A DNA stretch of 64,000 bases from an uncultured Candidatus Saccharibacteria bacterium (GCA_965230955.1 OZ246404.1:920790-984789); one strand, 5' to 3'. Shown: positions 1 to 10,986, counted from the stretch's first letter. The notes: generated by a model from the sequence alone, not told the origin. Program-made: numbers and translations.

Positions 1-195
1 CCCGAAAGCCAGAGTTTTGCCCGTCCCGGTTTGCGCCACGCCAACCAGGTCTTTGCCCTGCAAAGCCACCGGTATCGCTTGGCGCTGGATGGGAGTGGGA
101 ATTTGATAATTTAATTTTTCGAGCGCCTCAAGTAATCGCGGAGCGATGCCTAATCCGGAAAAACCAGTGCTAGCGAGCGGTGTACTTGGATTCAT
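1..195 (-). CDS. DEAD-box RNA helicase, N-terminal fragment (gene continues past the window start)
   Basis: The minus-strand translation from ATG at 195 reads [65 protein letters not shown]. This contains a Q-motif (TPIQ) and a Walker A motif (AQTGTGKT). Confidence 0.5.
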   Translation of the reverse strand, partial: MNPSTPLASTGFSGLGIAPRLLEALEKLNYQIPTPIQRQAIPVALQGKDLVGVAQTGTGKTLAFG

Positions 196-244
196 AAAAA
201 TTGATTTAGCGACAAATTATTAATTATAGAGAAACAGGATAAAA

Positions 245-487
245 TTACTGGGGTAATAATCGCTTGTTTCGGAACGCAAATCCAGAACCAGTCTTTAGGT
301 AATTCTCGAACCGACGAGCTGTTAATCGGCTAGGAAAAACACAGAACCAAATCAATCTAATCGGCCTTAAATCCTTCGTTGCCAGGCATTTTCCAATTCT
401 ATGTTCGGTAATCCGTCTTCGTAAATCTGGAGTTGAACCGGTATAAATGGTTCTACAAACCGTTTCCAAAAGATATACGTAATACAT
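245..487 (-). CDS. small GIY-YIG nuclease family protein (UPF0213/YhbQ-like)
   Basis: The protein starts YYVYLLE...IYTGSTPDLRRRITEH, which matches the GIY-YIG motif. A strong SD (GGAGGG) lies upstream of the ATG. Confidence 0.6.
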   Translation of the reverse strand: MYYVYLLETVCRTIYTGSTPDLRRRITEHRIGKCLATKDLRPIRLIWFCVFPSRLTARRFENYLKTGSGFAFRNKRLLPQ

Positions 488-627
488 TTTCCCTCCTGCT
501 ATTATTGTCCCCCCTCGCTCCGCAACGGAGCTTCGGGGGACACACTTCGCGTGATATTAATTAATCTGGCGATTTAGTTATGGCCATCAGGCCACACGAA
601 GCCCCGAGGCATCCGAGGGGCGAAGTG

Positions 628-715
628 TGGCGGAGAGGGCGAGATTTGAACTCGCGGTGCCTTTCGGCACACACGCTTTCCAAGCGTGCGCACTAGACCA
701 CTATGCGACCTCTCC
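628..715 (-). tRNA. tRNA-Ser (anticodon GGA), with a long variable arm and an encoded CCA
   Basis: The reverse complement reads GGAGAGGTCGCATAGTGGTCTAGTGCGCACGCTTGGAAAGCGTGTGTGCCGAAAGGCACCGCGAGTTCAAATCTCGCCCTCTCCGCCA. I folded the cloverleaf by eye: anticodon loop TTGGAAA, T-loop GTTCAAATC and a 14-nt variable arm. Confidence 0.8.
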
Positions 716-872
716 GAGAACGAAACTCAAAGTTAAAATTTCAAGATTTAAAAGAAACTAAAAATCTAAAAATTAAATACCTTAAAGTATCTTCGTTGGG
801 TATTTTACCTATTTTGTTATTATTTGTAAACCCATTTTCGCTTACTTAAGCCTTATCTGCTATAATTGAAAT

Positions 873-1358
873 ATGGACAATTATGGTGCGACAATTCATC
901 TGTTTTGCCCCAGGCTGGTTCGGGAAGAGTGGGATCAGCAGATCCACCAGTGGGACAAAAAACCATTCTATGCCCTGCCCTACCGCAGTTTTTTCGGACT
1001 GCCGACCGATCTCGCTCGCCGGACAGCCGCGGCCGTAAATCTATTATCGCAACGCGGATTGCTTGATAGCGTCCCGATTAATTTCGCCGTCAACGAACAA
1101 TCCTTCGGGGGTACTCTGCTGATTGCCCTGAATCGCAACGTGAAAGATCTGGAAACCAGAGCCGTCAGCGGGAAATTCATGTCTTTCTTTTTTGAAGGAA
1201 AATATACCGAACGCTCGCACTGGATCCGCCATGTCTATCGCTACGGCCGAAACAACAATTTAAATTTCTCTGAACTCCATATCTGGTATGCCTCCTGCCC
1301 GACCTGCGCGAAAAAACAAGGCTACGCGCAAGTGGTGATTTTCGGAAAAATCGTTTAA
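873..1358 (+). CDS. hypothetical protein
   Basis: It is a 161-aa ORF followed by a hairpin terminator. A TATAAT box lies 7 nt before the ATG, so the mRNA may be leaderless. I do not recognise the family. Confidence 0.35.
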   Translation: MDNYGATIHLFCPRLVREEWDQQIHQWDKKPFYALPYRSFFGLPTDLARRTAAAVNLLSQRGLLDSVPINFAVNEQSFGGTLLIALNRNVKDLETRAVSGKFMSFFFEGKYTERSHWIRHVYRYGRNNNLNFSELHIWYASCPTCAKKQGYAQVVIFGKIV

Positions 1359-1365
1359 AAAATGT

Positions 1366-1427
1366 AGGGGCGTCCGGCCGGACGCCTCTACCAAAAATGG
1401 GGCGACCTCGAAAGGTCGTCCCATTTT
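1366..1427. terminator. pair of GC-rich hairpins between convergent genes, acting as bidirectional terminators
   Basis: The sequence contains GGGGCGTCCGGCCGGACGCCTCT and GGGGCGACCTCGAAAGGTCGTCCC. Both are flanked by T-runs on the appropriate strands. Confidence 0.5.
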
Positions 1428-1441
1428 ATATTGAACCGGAT

Positions 1442-2860
1442 CTAAAATCTCTCGATCGTCCGGATCTGCGGACCGCCGCCTACACCGGCGCCGGTCAGAA
1501 TTTCCGCGCGACCAGTATTGTTCAAATCGGCTGCCGATACATTTACTCCCCCGCGGAAAGACTGGGTGTAGGGGAAGAAATTGACAGTCAGCGCGTTGCC
1601 GCCCCATTTGAAAGCCCGCACGTGCGGACCGCCGCCGATACCGGCACCCGTCACGATATCCGCCGTCCCGTCGTTATTCACGTCGCCGACCGCCACGTGA
1701 GAGCCGGCGGTGGCATACGGCTGAAATTCGCTGATGACTTTGTAATCGGAAGTCCGGAAAACACGAACCAAAGAAGTGGAACCCGGACCTTCACCGACGA
1801 CGATATCTTGTTTGCCATCGCGATCAAAATCAGCGCCGGACGCCACGAAAGCGCCTTTGCGGATCTGATTGGAAAAAGCATAAAATGATTTCACTTCGCG
1901 TCCGACCGGGCTGAAAACCCGGACCCGCGGCGTGCCGGCTGATCCCGGGCCGGTAATAATTTCATCCCGCCCGTCGCCATTCACGTCCCCGGCGGCGACA
2001 TACGCGCCCACCGGCGCCGTGCCGTAAGCGTTCCATTCGCCGATCAAGACAAATTCGCCAGCATCCAAATCAGCGTTGATAGTCTTGACCCAGCCTTCCA
2101 GCCCCTGTCCTTGGCCGACAATAATTTCATCTTTGCCGTCGCCATCGACATCACCGGTCGCGACATTCACGCCGCTACGGGAAGTGGAACTGAAAGCCAT
2201 GAATTGGCCGAGCAAATTATAGTCTTTGTCAAAAATGCGCACCTGCGGACCGCCGCCCTGTCCGGCGCCGGTAATAATCTCATTCTCGCCATCGCCATTC
2301 AAATCGCCGGTCGCGACATTCACGCCGCCGCGGAAAGCGGAATTATAAGCCATCAGGCTTTTGCCTGAAACCACCGTGCTGGTTTTGGTGGTAGTGGTGG
2401 TTTTAGTGCCGGTCTTGGTATCGGTGGTTTTAGTCGGAGCGTCAGCCGGGATTTCCACCGAAACGACATTGCTCGTGCCGACATTGCCGGAACTGTCGCG
2501 CACCGACATGGCGACGTAATAAGTATGTCCCCGTTCCATCCCGATACTGCCGTAATAAACGCGGAGTGAAATTTGATCGCGATCGGAAATCGCGATACCG
2601 GAAAAATTATCGGGGTAGTTTGGCGTTGAATCGGTTTCCGAAACCGCCAATTTGTAATATCCGAAATCCGCGTCCGTATTTTTCGTCCAGGTGAAAATCA
2701 GCTCGTAGTCATCCATCCGATCATAAGAAAACTCGACCGGTGTCGGCGGAGTGGTATCGCCGCTACCGCAAGTCGAACAGGCGCGGCTTATTCCCGGAGT
2801 GAGCCCCAGGATCGTCGCGAACGCGGCGACAAGCGCCAGACTCGCCATTAGTTTTTTCAT
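1442..2860 (-). CDS. secreted FG-GAP/VCBS repeat protein (beta-propeller) with an FN3-like module and a Thr/Lys-rich linker
   Basis: It has a signal peptide (MKKLMASLALVAAFATILG). The motif VNVATGDxNGDGxxEIITG(A)GxGGGPxVRxF repeats at least six times. A TKTTDTKTGTKTTTTTKT linker is also present. Confidence 0.6.
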   Translation of the reverse strand: MKKLMASLALVAAFATILGLTPGISRACSTCGSGDTTPPTPVEFSYDRMDDYELIFTWTKNTDADFGYYKLAVSETDSTPNYPDNFSGIAISDRDQISLRVYYGSIGMERGHTYYVAMSVRDSSGNVGTSNVVSVEIPADAPTKTTDTKTGTKTTTTTKTSTVVSGKSLMAYNSAFRGGVNVATGDLNGDGENEIITGAGQGGGPQVRIFDKDYNLLGQFMAFSSTSRSGVNVATGDVDGDGKDEIIVGQGQGLEGWVKTINADLDAGEFVLIGEWNAYGTAPVGAYVAAGDVNGDGRDEIITGPGSAGTPRVRVFSPVGREVKSFYAFSNQIRKGAFVASGADFDRDGKQDIVVGEGPGSTSLVRVFRTSDYKVISEFQPYATAGSHVAVGDVNNDGTADIVTGAGIGGGPHVRAFKWGGNALTVNFFPYTQSFRGGVNVSAADLNNTGRAEILTGAGVGGGPQIRTIERF

Positions 2861-3347
2861 GGTTTTGCTTTTAATTATTAATTTTAGCTTCTAAGTATTG
2901 TAATATAACGCCAACGTCAAGTCAAAAATAAAGAAAAAAAATCGATTTCCGTCCTCTCGTCCCCAAATAAAAACGAGCCTGTCCGGAGACAAACTCGTTG
3001 TTGCGCCAAAACCAAGTTACCGGTTATTCTCATCGCGATGAGGTTTCCTGGATCTTGGATTGGGCTCTTGCTGCCTGAGCAGCGAGGGTTTGATCCGAAC
3101 AGCCCCGAAGTCCCTCAAATCTTTTTCGTCTTCGACTTTTTCATCCCACCAATTCTTAACACTTTCATCTCTCTCTCGCATAACCATTCCTTTCTGCCTG
3201 CAATTTGGGCAAAATGCCCGGTTTTTAAAATCCTCCCTTAAAAATCTCGAAACTGCCAGCATAATACACTAATTAATCAATCTTGTCAATACCGACCCAT
3301 AAAAAACACCGGCTAGTCAGCTGACTGCCGGTGTAAGCATCTCAAAC

Positions 3348-3566
3348 TCAGCGTCTGATTGATCCCCGCACCCGAGAAAAATGTCGCCGAAACAATGGCG
3401 TTTTGCGATCTGTGTCCGGCACCGGCTTCTCGCGTGTCTGATCACGCGCCTCCTGTTTTAGCCGTTTTTCCTCTTTTTTGACGAGTCGCTCCAACTGAGA
3501 GTTTCGCCAATTTTGGGCAATCACACTTTGCTCCAAACTCATCGGAACATCTTGCCGATCAACCAT
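3348..3566 (-). CDS. small basic hypothetical protein (72 aa)
   Basis: A strong SD (AGGAGG) lies 6 nt upstream of the ATG. The product is Lys/Arg/Glu-rich with a helical character. Confidence 0.4.
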   Translation of the reverse strand: MVDRQDVPMSLEQSVIAQNWRNSQLERLVKKEEKRLKQEARDQTREKPVPDTDRKTPLFRRHFSRVRGSIRR

Positions 3567-3789
3567 TGAGACCTCCTGAGTTGAATGTTATACCGCGCCA
3601 ATCGACACGGCTTAATCCCTCATCACCACCCCCTCGCGGTGACGAGAATTCGATACCCATCCATGCATTTATTTTATCGATTTCTCAAATTCCGTCAACC
3701 GAAAACCTCGAAGGAACGTACCTATTCGGCGGTAAAAAATAACACTTCGTCGCCGATACAATGTTAAAACACGTAATCTATAAATAAAA

Positions 3790-3820
3790 AAGCCCAGGAA
3801 AAATCCCGGGCAGGATACCG
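3790..3820 (-). terminator. rho-independent terminator after the 71-aa acidic protein gene
   Basis: On the minus strand the sequence reads GCCCGGGATTTTTCCTGGGC followed by TTTTTT. Confidence 0.45.
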
Positions 3821-3823
3821 ATC

Positions 3824-4039
3824 TCAAGAAGATTGAGCTTCTTCCGCCATAAGCCGGAAGTTTTCTTCAGTCGGATCATCGCGTAGCAATTCTTCGATTG
3901 GACAAAATTCGCCATCTTGAATCTGAGATTCCAACTCATCAAATTCATCAAGAGTCACATCAAATTCCTCATCATCGAGATTCCCGCGACCGTCCGTCCA
4001 GCACTTTGATTTGAAAGCAGATTGGCGTTTTTCCCCCAT
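3824..4039 (-). CDS. small acidic hypothetical protein (71 aa)
   Basis: An AAGGAGGT SD lies 5-6 nt before the ATG. The product is very Asp/Glu-rich and the gene is followed by a terminator. Confidence 0.45.
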   Translation of the reverse strand: MGEKRQSAFKSKCWTDGRGNLDDEEFDVTLDEFDELESQIQDGEFCPIEELLRDDPTEENFRLMAEEAQSS

Positions 4040-4119
4040 ATGACCTCCTTGGTGGCATGGTTGTATTTTCAGATTACTCCACTCGAATCAAATGTCAACC
4101 GATTAGAATCGGCCTGGCT

Positions 4120-5577
4120 TTATTTTATTTCAATTACTTTTACCAAATTTTCACCCTCGGTTTTATCTTTTTTCACTCCGTCCACAAAAACCACTTTATC
4201 TCCAGGTTTCAGGCGATAGGTGCGGGCCAGACAGGAATGCAAATGCGGAGTCAGTGAATTAATACTGACAATATCCGCCATCACGATCGGATCCACACCC
4301 CAAATCAAATTCAACTGGCGTTGGATTTTTTTATGGGAAGTAACGGCGACAACCGGAATTTCGGCTCGCGCTGAAGAAACCGCTTGGGCGGTCAAACCGG
4401 TCACGGTAGTGACTACTAGCGCCCGCGCCTTGATCTCGCGCGCGACCTGCGCCGAGTGGCGCGCCAAAGAGATCAAGGCTTTGTCCTCGCCCTTGATCGT
4501 CACCGGCCGGAGATCCGCCAAATTATCGTAAACACTTTTTTCCGCGTCTTTAATCACCTGACTGGCCGCGCGCACCGCTTCCACCGGGAATTTTCCCGAA
4601 GCGGTTTCGTCCGACAAGTAAATCGCATCCACGTGGTCAAAAACAGCGTTGGCCACATCGCTGGCCTCGGCTCGCGTCGGGCGCGGTGAAGCCACCATGG
4701 AAAAAAGCATCTGCGTGGCCACGATGACCGGCTTCATCAAAGCCAAAGAAACCGTGGTGATTTTCTTTTGATACTCCGGCACGGCGGTCATGGAAACTTC
4801 TGGACCGAGATCCCCGCGGGCAATCACGATCCCGTCAGAAATCCCGATAATTTCTTCCAGATGATCCAGTGCTTCGTGAGTTTCGATCTTGGCCGTAATT
4901 TTAGTGGCGGGCTTTTTCCCGGCCGAATATTTTTTGATCAGTTCGCGGAGCTCTTCGATATCTTCCGGCGCCCGGACAAAAGATAGTCCGACCCAATCGG
5001 CGTCATTGGCCAAGGCAAATTTGAGATCCTCTTTATCTTTTTCGGTAATGGTCGAGACGGAAATAGTCGTATCGGGGAAATTAAGCCCTTTATGCGAAGT
5101 CAGTTGCCCCCCGGTCATGACCCGACAGACAATATCATAGCCGTGAATGGCCAGCACTTTGACCGCCATTTTACCGTCGGCCAGCAGCAAACGCGCGCCG
5201 GGCTCCACATCACGGTGGAGATTATGATACTGCACAAAAATCTTGTCGGCCGACAAATCACGCGCCGTTTTCTTGGCGTACTTGGGATTAGTGGTAAAAA
5301 CCAGCTCTTTACCCTCTACCAATTTGACTCCCTCTTCCGCAATTTCGCCGACGCGAATTTTCGGACCTTGCAAATCAACTTCAATCCCCAGCGGAATACT
5401 CAATTCCCGGCTGATATCTCGAATCAGCTCGATAATCTGGCGGTGTTCCTCATATTTACCGTGAGCCATATTGAGCCGGACCATATCCATGCCGGCGCGA
5501 GCCATCGCGGTCAGCGTTTTACGATCCCAGCAGGAAGGACCAACTGTACAGACAATCTTAGTTCTGTTCTTTATCAT
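4120..5577 (-). CDS. pyk: pyruvate kinase
   Basis: The N-terminus reads TKIVCTVGPSC...MDMVRLNMAHG, and the canonical pyruvate kinase core motifs run throughout. Confidence 0.9.
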   Translation of the reverse strand: MIKNRTKIVCTVGPSCWDRKTLTAMARAGMDMVRLNMAHGKYEEHRQIIELIRDISRELSIPLGIEVDLQGPKIRVGEIAEEGVKLVEGKELVFTTNPKYAKKTARDLSADKIFVQYHNLHRDVEPGARLLLADGKMAVKVLAIHGYDIVCRVMTGGQLTSHKGLNFPDTTISVSTITEKDKEDLKFALANDADWVGLSFVRAPEDIEELRELIKKYSAGKKPATKITAKIETHEALDHLEEIIGISDGIVIARGDLGPEVSMTAVPEYQKKITTVSLALMKPVIVATQMLFSMVASPRPTRAEASDVANAVFDHVDAIYLSDETASGKFPVEAVRAASQVIKDAEKSVYDNLADLRPVTIKGEDKALISLARHSAQVAREIKARALVVTTVTGLTAQAVSSARAEIPVVAVTSHKKIQRQLNLIWGVDPIVMADIVSINSLTPHLHSCLARTYRLKPGDKVVFVDGVKKDKTEGENLVKVIEIK

Positions 5578-5769
5578 AGTTTTTGGAAATTCAAAATTTT
5601 AAAAATCAAAATTGAAAAGAAAATTAAAGCTAAAAGATCAAATACTGCATTTAAAATTTTTAGCTTTTAATTTCTTTTGAATTTTTAGCTTTTAATTTTT
5701 AATTTTAACCAAAGAGGCGTCTCTGGTTATTATACCGAAAGTACGCCTCTTTGTATACTGCAACAAAAA

Positions 5770-6174
5770 TTATTGTCGCGGTTGTTGTGGTGGCTGTTGC
5801 ATGCTGGAACCAAATTTATCAGCCCAATCGCCGATTAATGGCATCTTCCACATCTGACCCATAGCCGCTTTGATCAAGCCGATCAAAGCCATGATTCCAA
5901 TGACCATTTCGAGAATACCGACAACCCAATACAGCGGCCAAAAAATCCAAAACATAACAGATGAGAGGATCCAAAGCGCGATCCAGATGATCGTCAAGAT
6001 TGATCCTTGCTTGGCGTGAAAAGTGACGAATGAATCGTCTTTCTTCACGAAATACATGATCAAACCGATCACCGGAATGTAGCAGATCGCGCCTAAGGCC
6101 TTATTGTCTCCCCCGCCCTGTTGTTGTGGCTGTTGAGGCTGCTGCGGTTGTTGATACTGTTGTTGCCCGTTCAT
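5770..6174 (-). CDS. DUF4870-like small membrane protein with a Gln/Pro-rich N-terminus
   Basis: It contains ICYIPVIGLIMYF...FHAKQ followed by hydrophobic helices. The internal start MNGQQQ has a better SD (AAGGGGGTGA) than the ORF-track start at 6207. Confidence 0.5.
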   Translation of the reverse strand: MNGQQQYQQPQQPQQPQQQGGGDNKALGAICYIPVIGLIMYFVKKDDSFVTFHAKQGSILTIIWIALWILSSVMFWIFWPLYWVVGILEMVIGIMALIGLIKAAMGQMWKMPLIGDWADKFGSSMQQPPQQPRQ

Positions 6175-6418
6175 AGACTCACCCCCTTTCCAGAAGTAAA
6201 AAGTCAAAAATCAAAAGTAAAAAGTGGCAGTAGTCATTCTGAAACCGAGTTTCGAAACCGAAAGATCACATTTTCCTGTCCGGCTAACGGGTCAACCGCT
6301 CCACTGCCCAGATTTTATTATAGCAGATCGGCTGGAAAAGGTCGAGCAAAACGCAATGATTGACACCGGACGCCCAAGAGAATAAAATGCTATTTAATCG
6401 AAAGGAGGATCTGTTATT

Positions 6419-6628
6419 ATGACATATCGGCGTTTTTTCCTGATCGCACTCGCTATCACCTTCATAACTACCTTCATACTTGGTGTAAATCTGGTGATTT
6501 TTGACGTAGGAATTAGCTTTACCGCCACTCCAGTAAAAACTACCAATGGCGCATTTCTACTTGTCTTTGCCGCCGGCACCATGGTCGCCAATCTCATAAT
6601 GTATATCATTATCAAGCCGCAACGGTGA
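6419..6628 (+). CDS. small membrane protein (69 aa)
   Basis: An AAAGGAGG SD precedes the ATG and an intrinsic terminator follows. The overlapping minus-strand ORF has neither. Confidence 0.45.
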   Translation: MTYRRFFLIALAITFITTFILGVNLVIFDVGISFTATPVKTTNGAFLLVFAAGTMVANLIMYIIIKPQR

Positions 6629-6655
6629 TCAGCCTGTTCCATACCGCCTTCCGCT

Positions 6656-6686
6656 TAACACGGAAGGCTTTTTTATTTGCGAACTA
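6656..6686 (+). terminator. rho-independent terminator
   Basis: The sequence reads GCCTTCCG-cttaaca-CGGAAGGC followed by TTTTTTATTT. Confidence 0.6.
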
Positions 6687-6801
6687 AAAGGCGGCCCCCC
6701 GCACTCAAGTGCAATCTTTTGTAGCTTGAGTGTGGGTAGCCGCCCCTATAGTCATGGCAGGCACCCGCCGAATCGGCGGGGCCTACCCCTACAACGTTTG
6801 A

Positions 6802-8520
<1,719 letters not shown>

Positions 8521-8527
8521 TTATGAT

Positions 8528-8821
8528 TTATTTAGTCACGATCCCGATAATATCTTCCTCGCCGACAACGAGAAATTCCTGGCCGTCGATTTTGAATTCA
8601 TCGGCAGAATATTTCTTGAATAAAACCGTATCGCCTTTTTTTACGTGCATCGGCAATTTTTTGCCTTCGACGGTAACTTTGCCCGGACCAGCGGCAACGA
8701 CTTTGCCCTTTTCCGGTTTCTCTTTTTCGTGCGTGTCGGGAAGTACAATCCCGCTCTTGGTTTTGATGTCCGTGGTAACGGCCTCGAGGACTACTTTGTC
8801 TCCCAAAGGTTTGATGTTCAT
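8528..8821 (-). CDS. groS: co-chaperonin GroES
   Basis: The protein starts MNIKPLGDKVVLE...GIVLPDT and is 97 aa long. It lies immediately upstream of groL. Confidence 0.95.
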   Translation of the reverse strand: MNIKPLGDKVVLEAVTTDIKTKSGIVLPDTHEKEKPEKGKVVAAGPGKVTVEGKKLPMHVKKGDTVLFKKYSADEFKIDGQEFLVVGEEDIIGIVTK

Positions 8822-8852
8822 ACGCTTCTTTATTTAAATTAAACGGATTTCA

Positions 8853-8879
8853 TTAGCACTCATTATATATGAGTGCTAA
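8853..8879 (-). promoter_or_regulatory. CIRCE operator (HrcA binding site)
   Basis: The sequence TTAGCACTC-N9-GAGTGCTAA matches the CIRCE consensus perfectly. It sits about 30 nt upstream of the groES start codon. Confidence 0.85.
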
Positions 8880-8889
8880 CCAACTTTGT

Positions 8890-8918
8890 ATTATAGACAG
8901 ATTGTGAGACCTGTCAAG
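8890..8918 (-). promoter_or_regulatory. groESL promoter (TTGACA-16-TATAAT)
   Basis: On the minus strand the sequence reads cTTGACAggtctcacaatctgtcTATAATac. It ends immediately upstream of the CIRCE element. Confidence 0.6.
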
Positions 8919-8939
8919 AGCCAAGAAAAAGAAGATTAA

Positions 8940-9078
8940 AAAAATTAAGATATTAAGAGAATTAAGAACTTTAGGAGTTTGGCGTTCATATTCAGCTTGC
9001 TTTTTTAATCAACCCCTTAAAACTCTTAATATCTTAATGCTCTTAATATCTTATTCTCTTAATATTCTTAATATCTTT
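8940..9078. repeat. large inverted repeat of TCTTAATATCTTAAT units, upstream of the groESL promoter
   Basis: ATTAAGATATTAAGAGAATTAAGAA at 8945-8970 faces CTCTTAATATCTTAATGCTCTTAATATCTTATTCTCTTAATATTCTTAATATC at 9032-9075. Confidence 0.5.
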
Positions 9079-9079
9079 C

Positions 9080-10072
9080 CTATCGATACGCCCCCGTCAA
9101 CCGCTCTTCAAACTTCGCTCGGAAATATTCACGCCGGTCGATTTCGTGAAATTTTAGCACCTCATCCGAGCGAATCACATTCGGATTACGCAGCCACTCG
9201 GGGTCGCCGCGCGCTTTCATATACTCCAATTGCCACCACTTCACCGTCTTTTCCACCCAATTCCCAAATTTTCCCCGCCAGATCAGCTCCCAAATTTTTT
9301 GCCAGACATGATCGAGCCCCGTGCCGCGCACTCGGCGCAAGGGCACGCTGTCAGTCAAAAATGTTTGGGGGAGATACTGTCGGACCCACTGATTCGCCAC
9401 CCAAAATTTATCCGCCGTGCCGTCGCGATCATAAATGGGATACAACAGAGCCACCCAGTTGAACAAATACGGATCTTTCTTGAACCAAATATTTTTAGCC
9501 TGATATAATTTTTGTAAATTCAAGTGTTCATCACTGAGGAAAAAACTGAGGCACATTTTGCCGGCCACTTTTTTATGGCGCCACTGCCCAGTCAGGGCGA
9601 TCAACATCGTGACCAGCAATCGTACCAGCCAGATCCGGCCGCTTTTGGCGATAATCACGACATCAATATCACTCTCGACTTTTGGCGTTTCGATCGGAAA
9701 CATATTGCACAAAGCCGCCATTTTCAGAAAAGGTATGCCGCTCAGCCGGCGAATTAATTTGACGGCTTTGTTCCAACGCGGCAACGCCGTCCGGTGACGG
9801 CTCAATCTCCGTTCCACTAATTCCTCGCGCCCGCGTAAAAAATAGAATCCATCCGCAGACACAACTTTGCGTTTGAGCGATTCACGATGCCGGAAAGCCA
9901 GGAGTATTTCCGACAAGCTGAAATGCAGGGCGGATAGCCGGCCTTCGTTGTCTTGCAAAAATTTAGCCAACTCCACCAAGGTCAACGGGTAATCAAATAA
10001 ATCGTAAAAAACCAAGGCCTGGATAATGCCCCGCTCCAGCAATTCGTCTTTAGAACTAAGTAATCTTGACAT
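9080..10072 (-). CDS. hypothetical protein (330 aa); a nucleotidyltransferase-like fold is possible but I cannot verify it
   Basis: It is a long ORF containing SDIDVVIIAKSG. No family is recognised with confidence. Confidence 0.4.
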   Translation of the reverse strand: MSRLLSSKDELLERGIIQALVFYDLFDYPLTLVELAKFLQDNEGRLSALHFSLSEILLAFRHRESLKRKVVSADGFYFLRGREELVERRLSRHRTALPRWNKAVKLIRRLSGIPFLKMAALCNMFPIETPKVESDIDVVIIAKSGRIWLVRLLVTMLIALTGQWRHKKVAGKMCLSFFLSDEHLNLQKLYQAKNIWFKKDPYLFNWVALLYPIYDRDGTADKFWVANQWVRQYLPQTFLTDSVPLRRVRGTGLDHVWQKIWELIWRGKFGNWVEKTVKWWQLEYMKARGDPEWLRNPNVIRSDEVLKFHEIDRREYFRAKFEERLTGAYR

Positions 10073-10125
10073 TTCCCTATATTATACTAGTTTAAAGGAA
10101 ACTGTCATCTCGAAAGGAGGCTGTT

Positions 10126-10986
10126 ATGCGAGATACATTGGGCCGCTTGATGCTGGCACTCGACTTGATTGGCCGAGTCGGCGACCGGTTCATCGGACGG
10201 CTATATGCGATGCGCGACCGCGTAGCGGAAGCGCTCCAGTTAAAAAAAATCATCAGAAAAGCGCCCTGGATTTTTTCTTCACTACTCTGCCCGGATCTAA
10301 TCAGTGTGTCCAGAATTATTGGCGCACTATCACTTCTCATCTGGAATCCGACTATCGACTCCGGCCATGTCAAAGGCATCATTATCTGGAGCGGACTGAG
10401 TGACTGGTTGGACGGCTACATCGCCATCCGGTTGCGCAAAGCCGGCATCCAAACCTGGCGACTCAGCCGCCGGTGGCCGATGGCCACCGGCAACACTGTC
10501 GATTCGGCCGCGGATGGGCTGACGGGATTGCTGGCGACTATCTATCTGGTCATCAATTATCCTGCTCCGGCAACTTGGCTCCTCCTGGTCGCGGTCAGCC
10601 TGGAGCTGACCAAAGTTCCCGTAGCCATTCACGGCTATCGTCTGGTCAAAAAATACTGTTTCGAAGTGATCAACCCTGCCGTGATAATCCGAAAAGAGCG
10701 GATCGGCGAAGCGAAAATGCTGTGCCTGTTCGCCTCGATTATCATGATCTGGGCCGGACTGAGCTGGCCAAGCTTGTCTCTCCTTTTCATCGCCACCGCG
10801 CTGACCGGCGTCGCCATCGTGCTCTGCTACCTGACGACGGCTCGTTACATCAAGCGCTTTCTCGAAGAATTTCCGGATCTCCTCCCCCGCTGGTATAAAC
10901 TGCCCAACCCGACTTTTACTTGGGTCATGCTGCTGCTCTTCGCCCAAATGAATGTTTCTCGGCGCTATCCTCCGCCACCAATCTAA
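10126..10986 (+). CDS. CDP-alcohol phosphatidyltransferase family membrane protein
   Basis: It contains DWLDGYIAIRLRKAG...DSAADGL, which fits the D-x2-DG-x2-AR...G-x3-D-x3-D signature. It has multiple TM helices and an AAAGGAGG SD. Confidence 0.6.
   Translation: MRDTLGRLMLALDLIGRVGDRFIGRLYAMRDRVAEALQLKKIIRKAPWIFSSLLCPDLISVSRIIGALSLLIWNPTIDSGHVKGIIIWSGLSDWLDGYIAIRLRKAGIQTWRLSRRWPMATGNTVDSAADGLTGLLATIYLVINYPAPATWLLLVAVSLELTKVPVAIHGYRLVKKYCFEVINPAVIIRKERIGEAKMLCLFASIIMIWAGLSWPSLSLLFIATALTGVAIVLCYLTTARYIKRFLEEFPDLLPRWYKLPNPTFTWVMLLLFAQMNVSRRYPPPPI

Noticed and set aside
6700-6800. Repeated CCGCCGAATCGGCGG-type hairpins (also at 24210-24240 and 36790-36820) as a distinct element family
   Set aside because: They share a CCGA(A/C)TCGG loop, but each sits exactly where a bidirectional terminator is expected between convergent genes. 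The simplest reading is ordinary GC-rich terminator hairpins.
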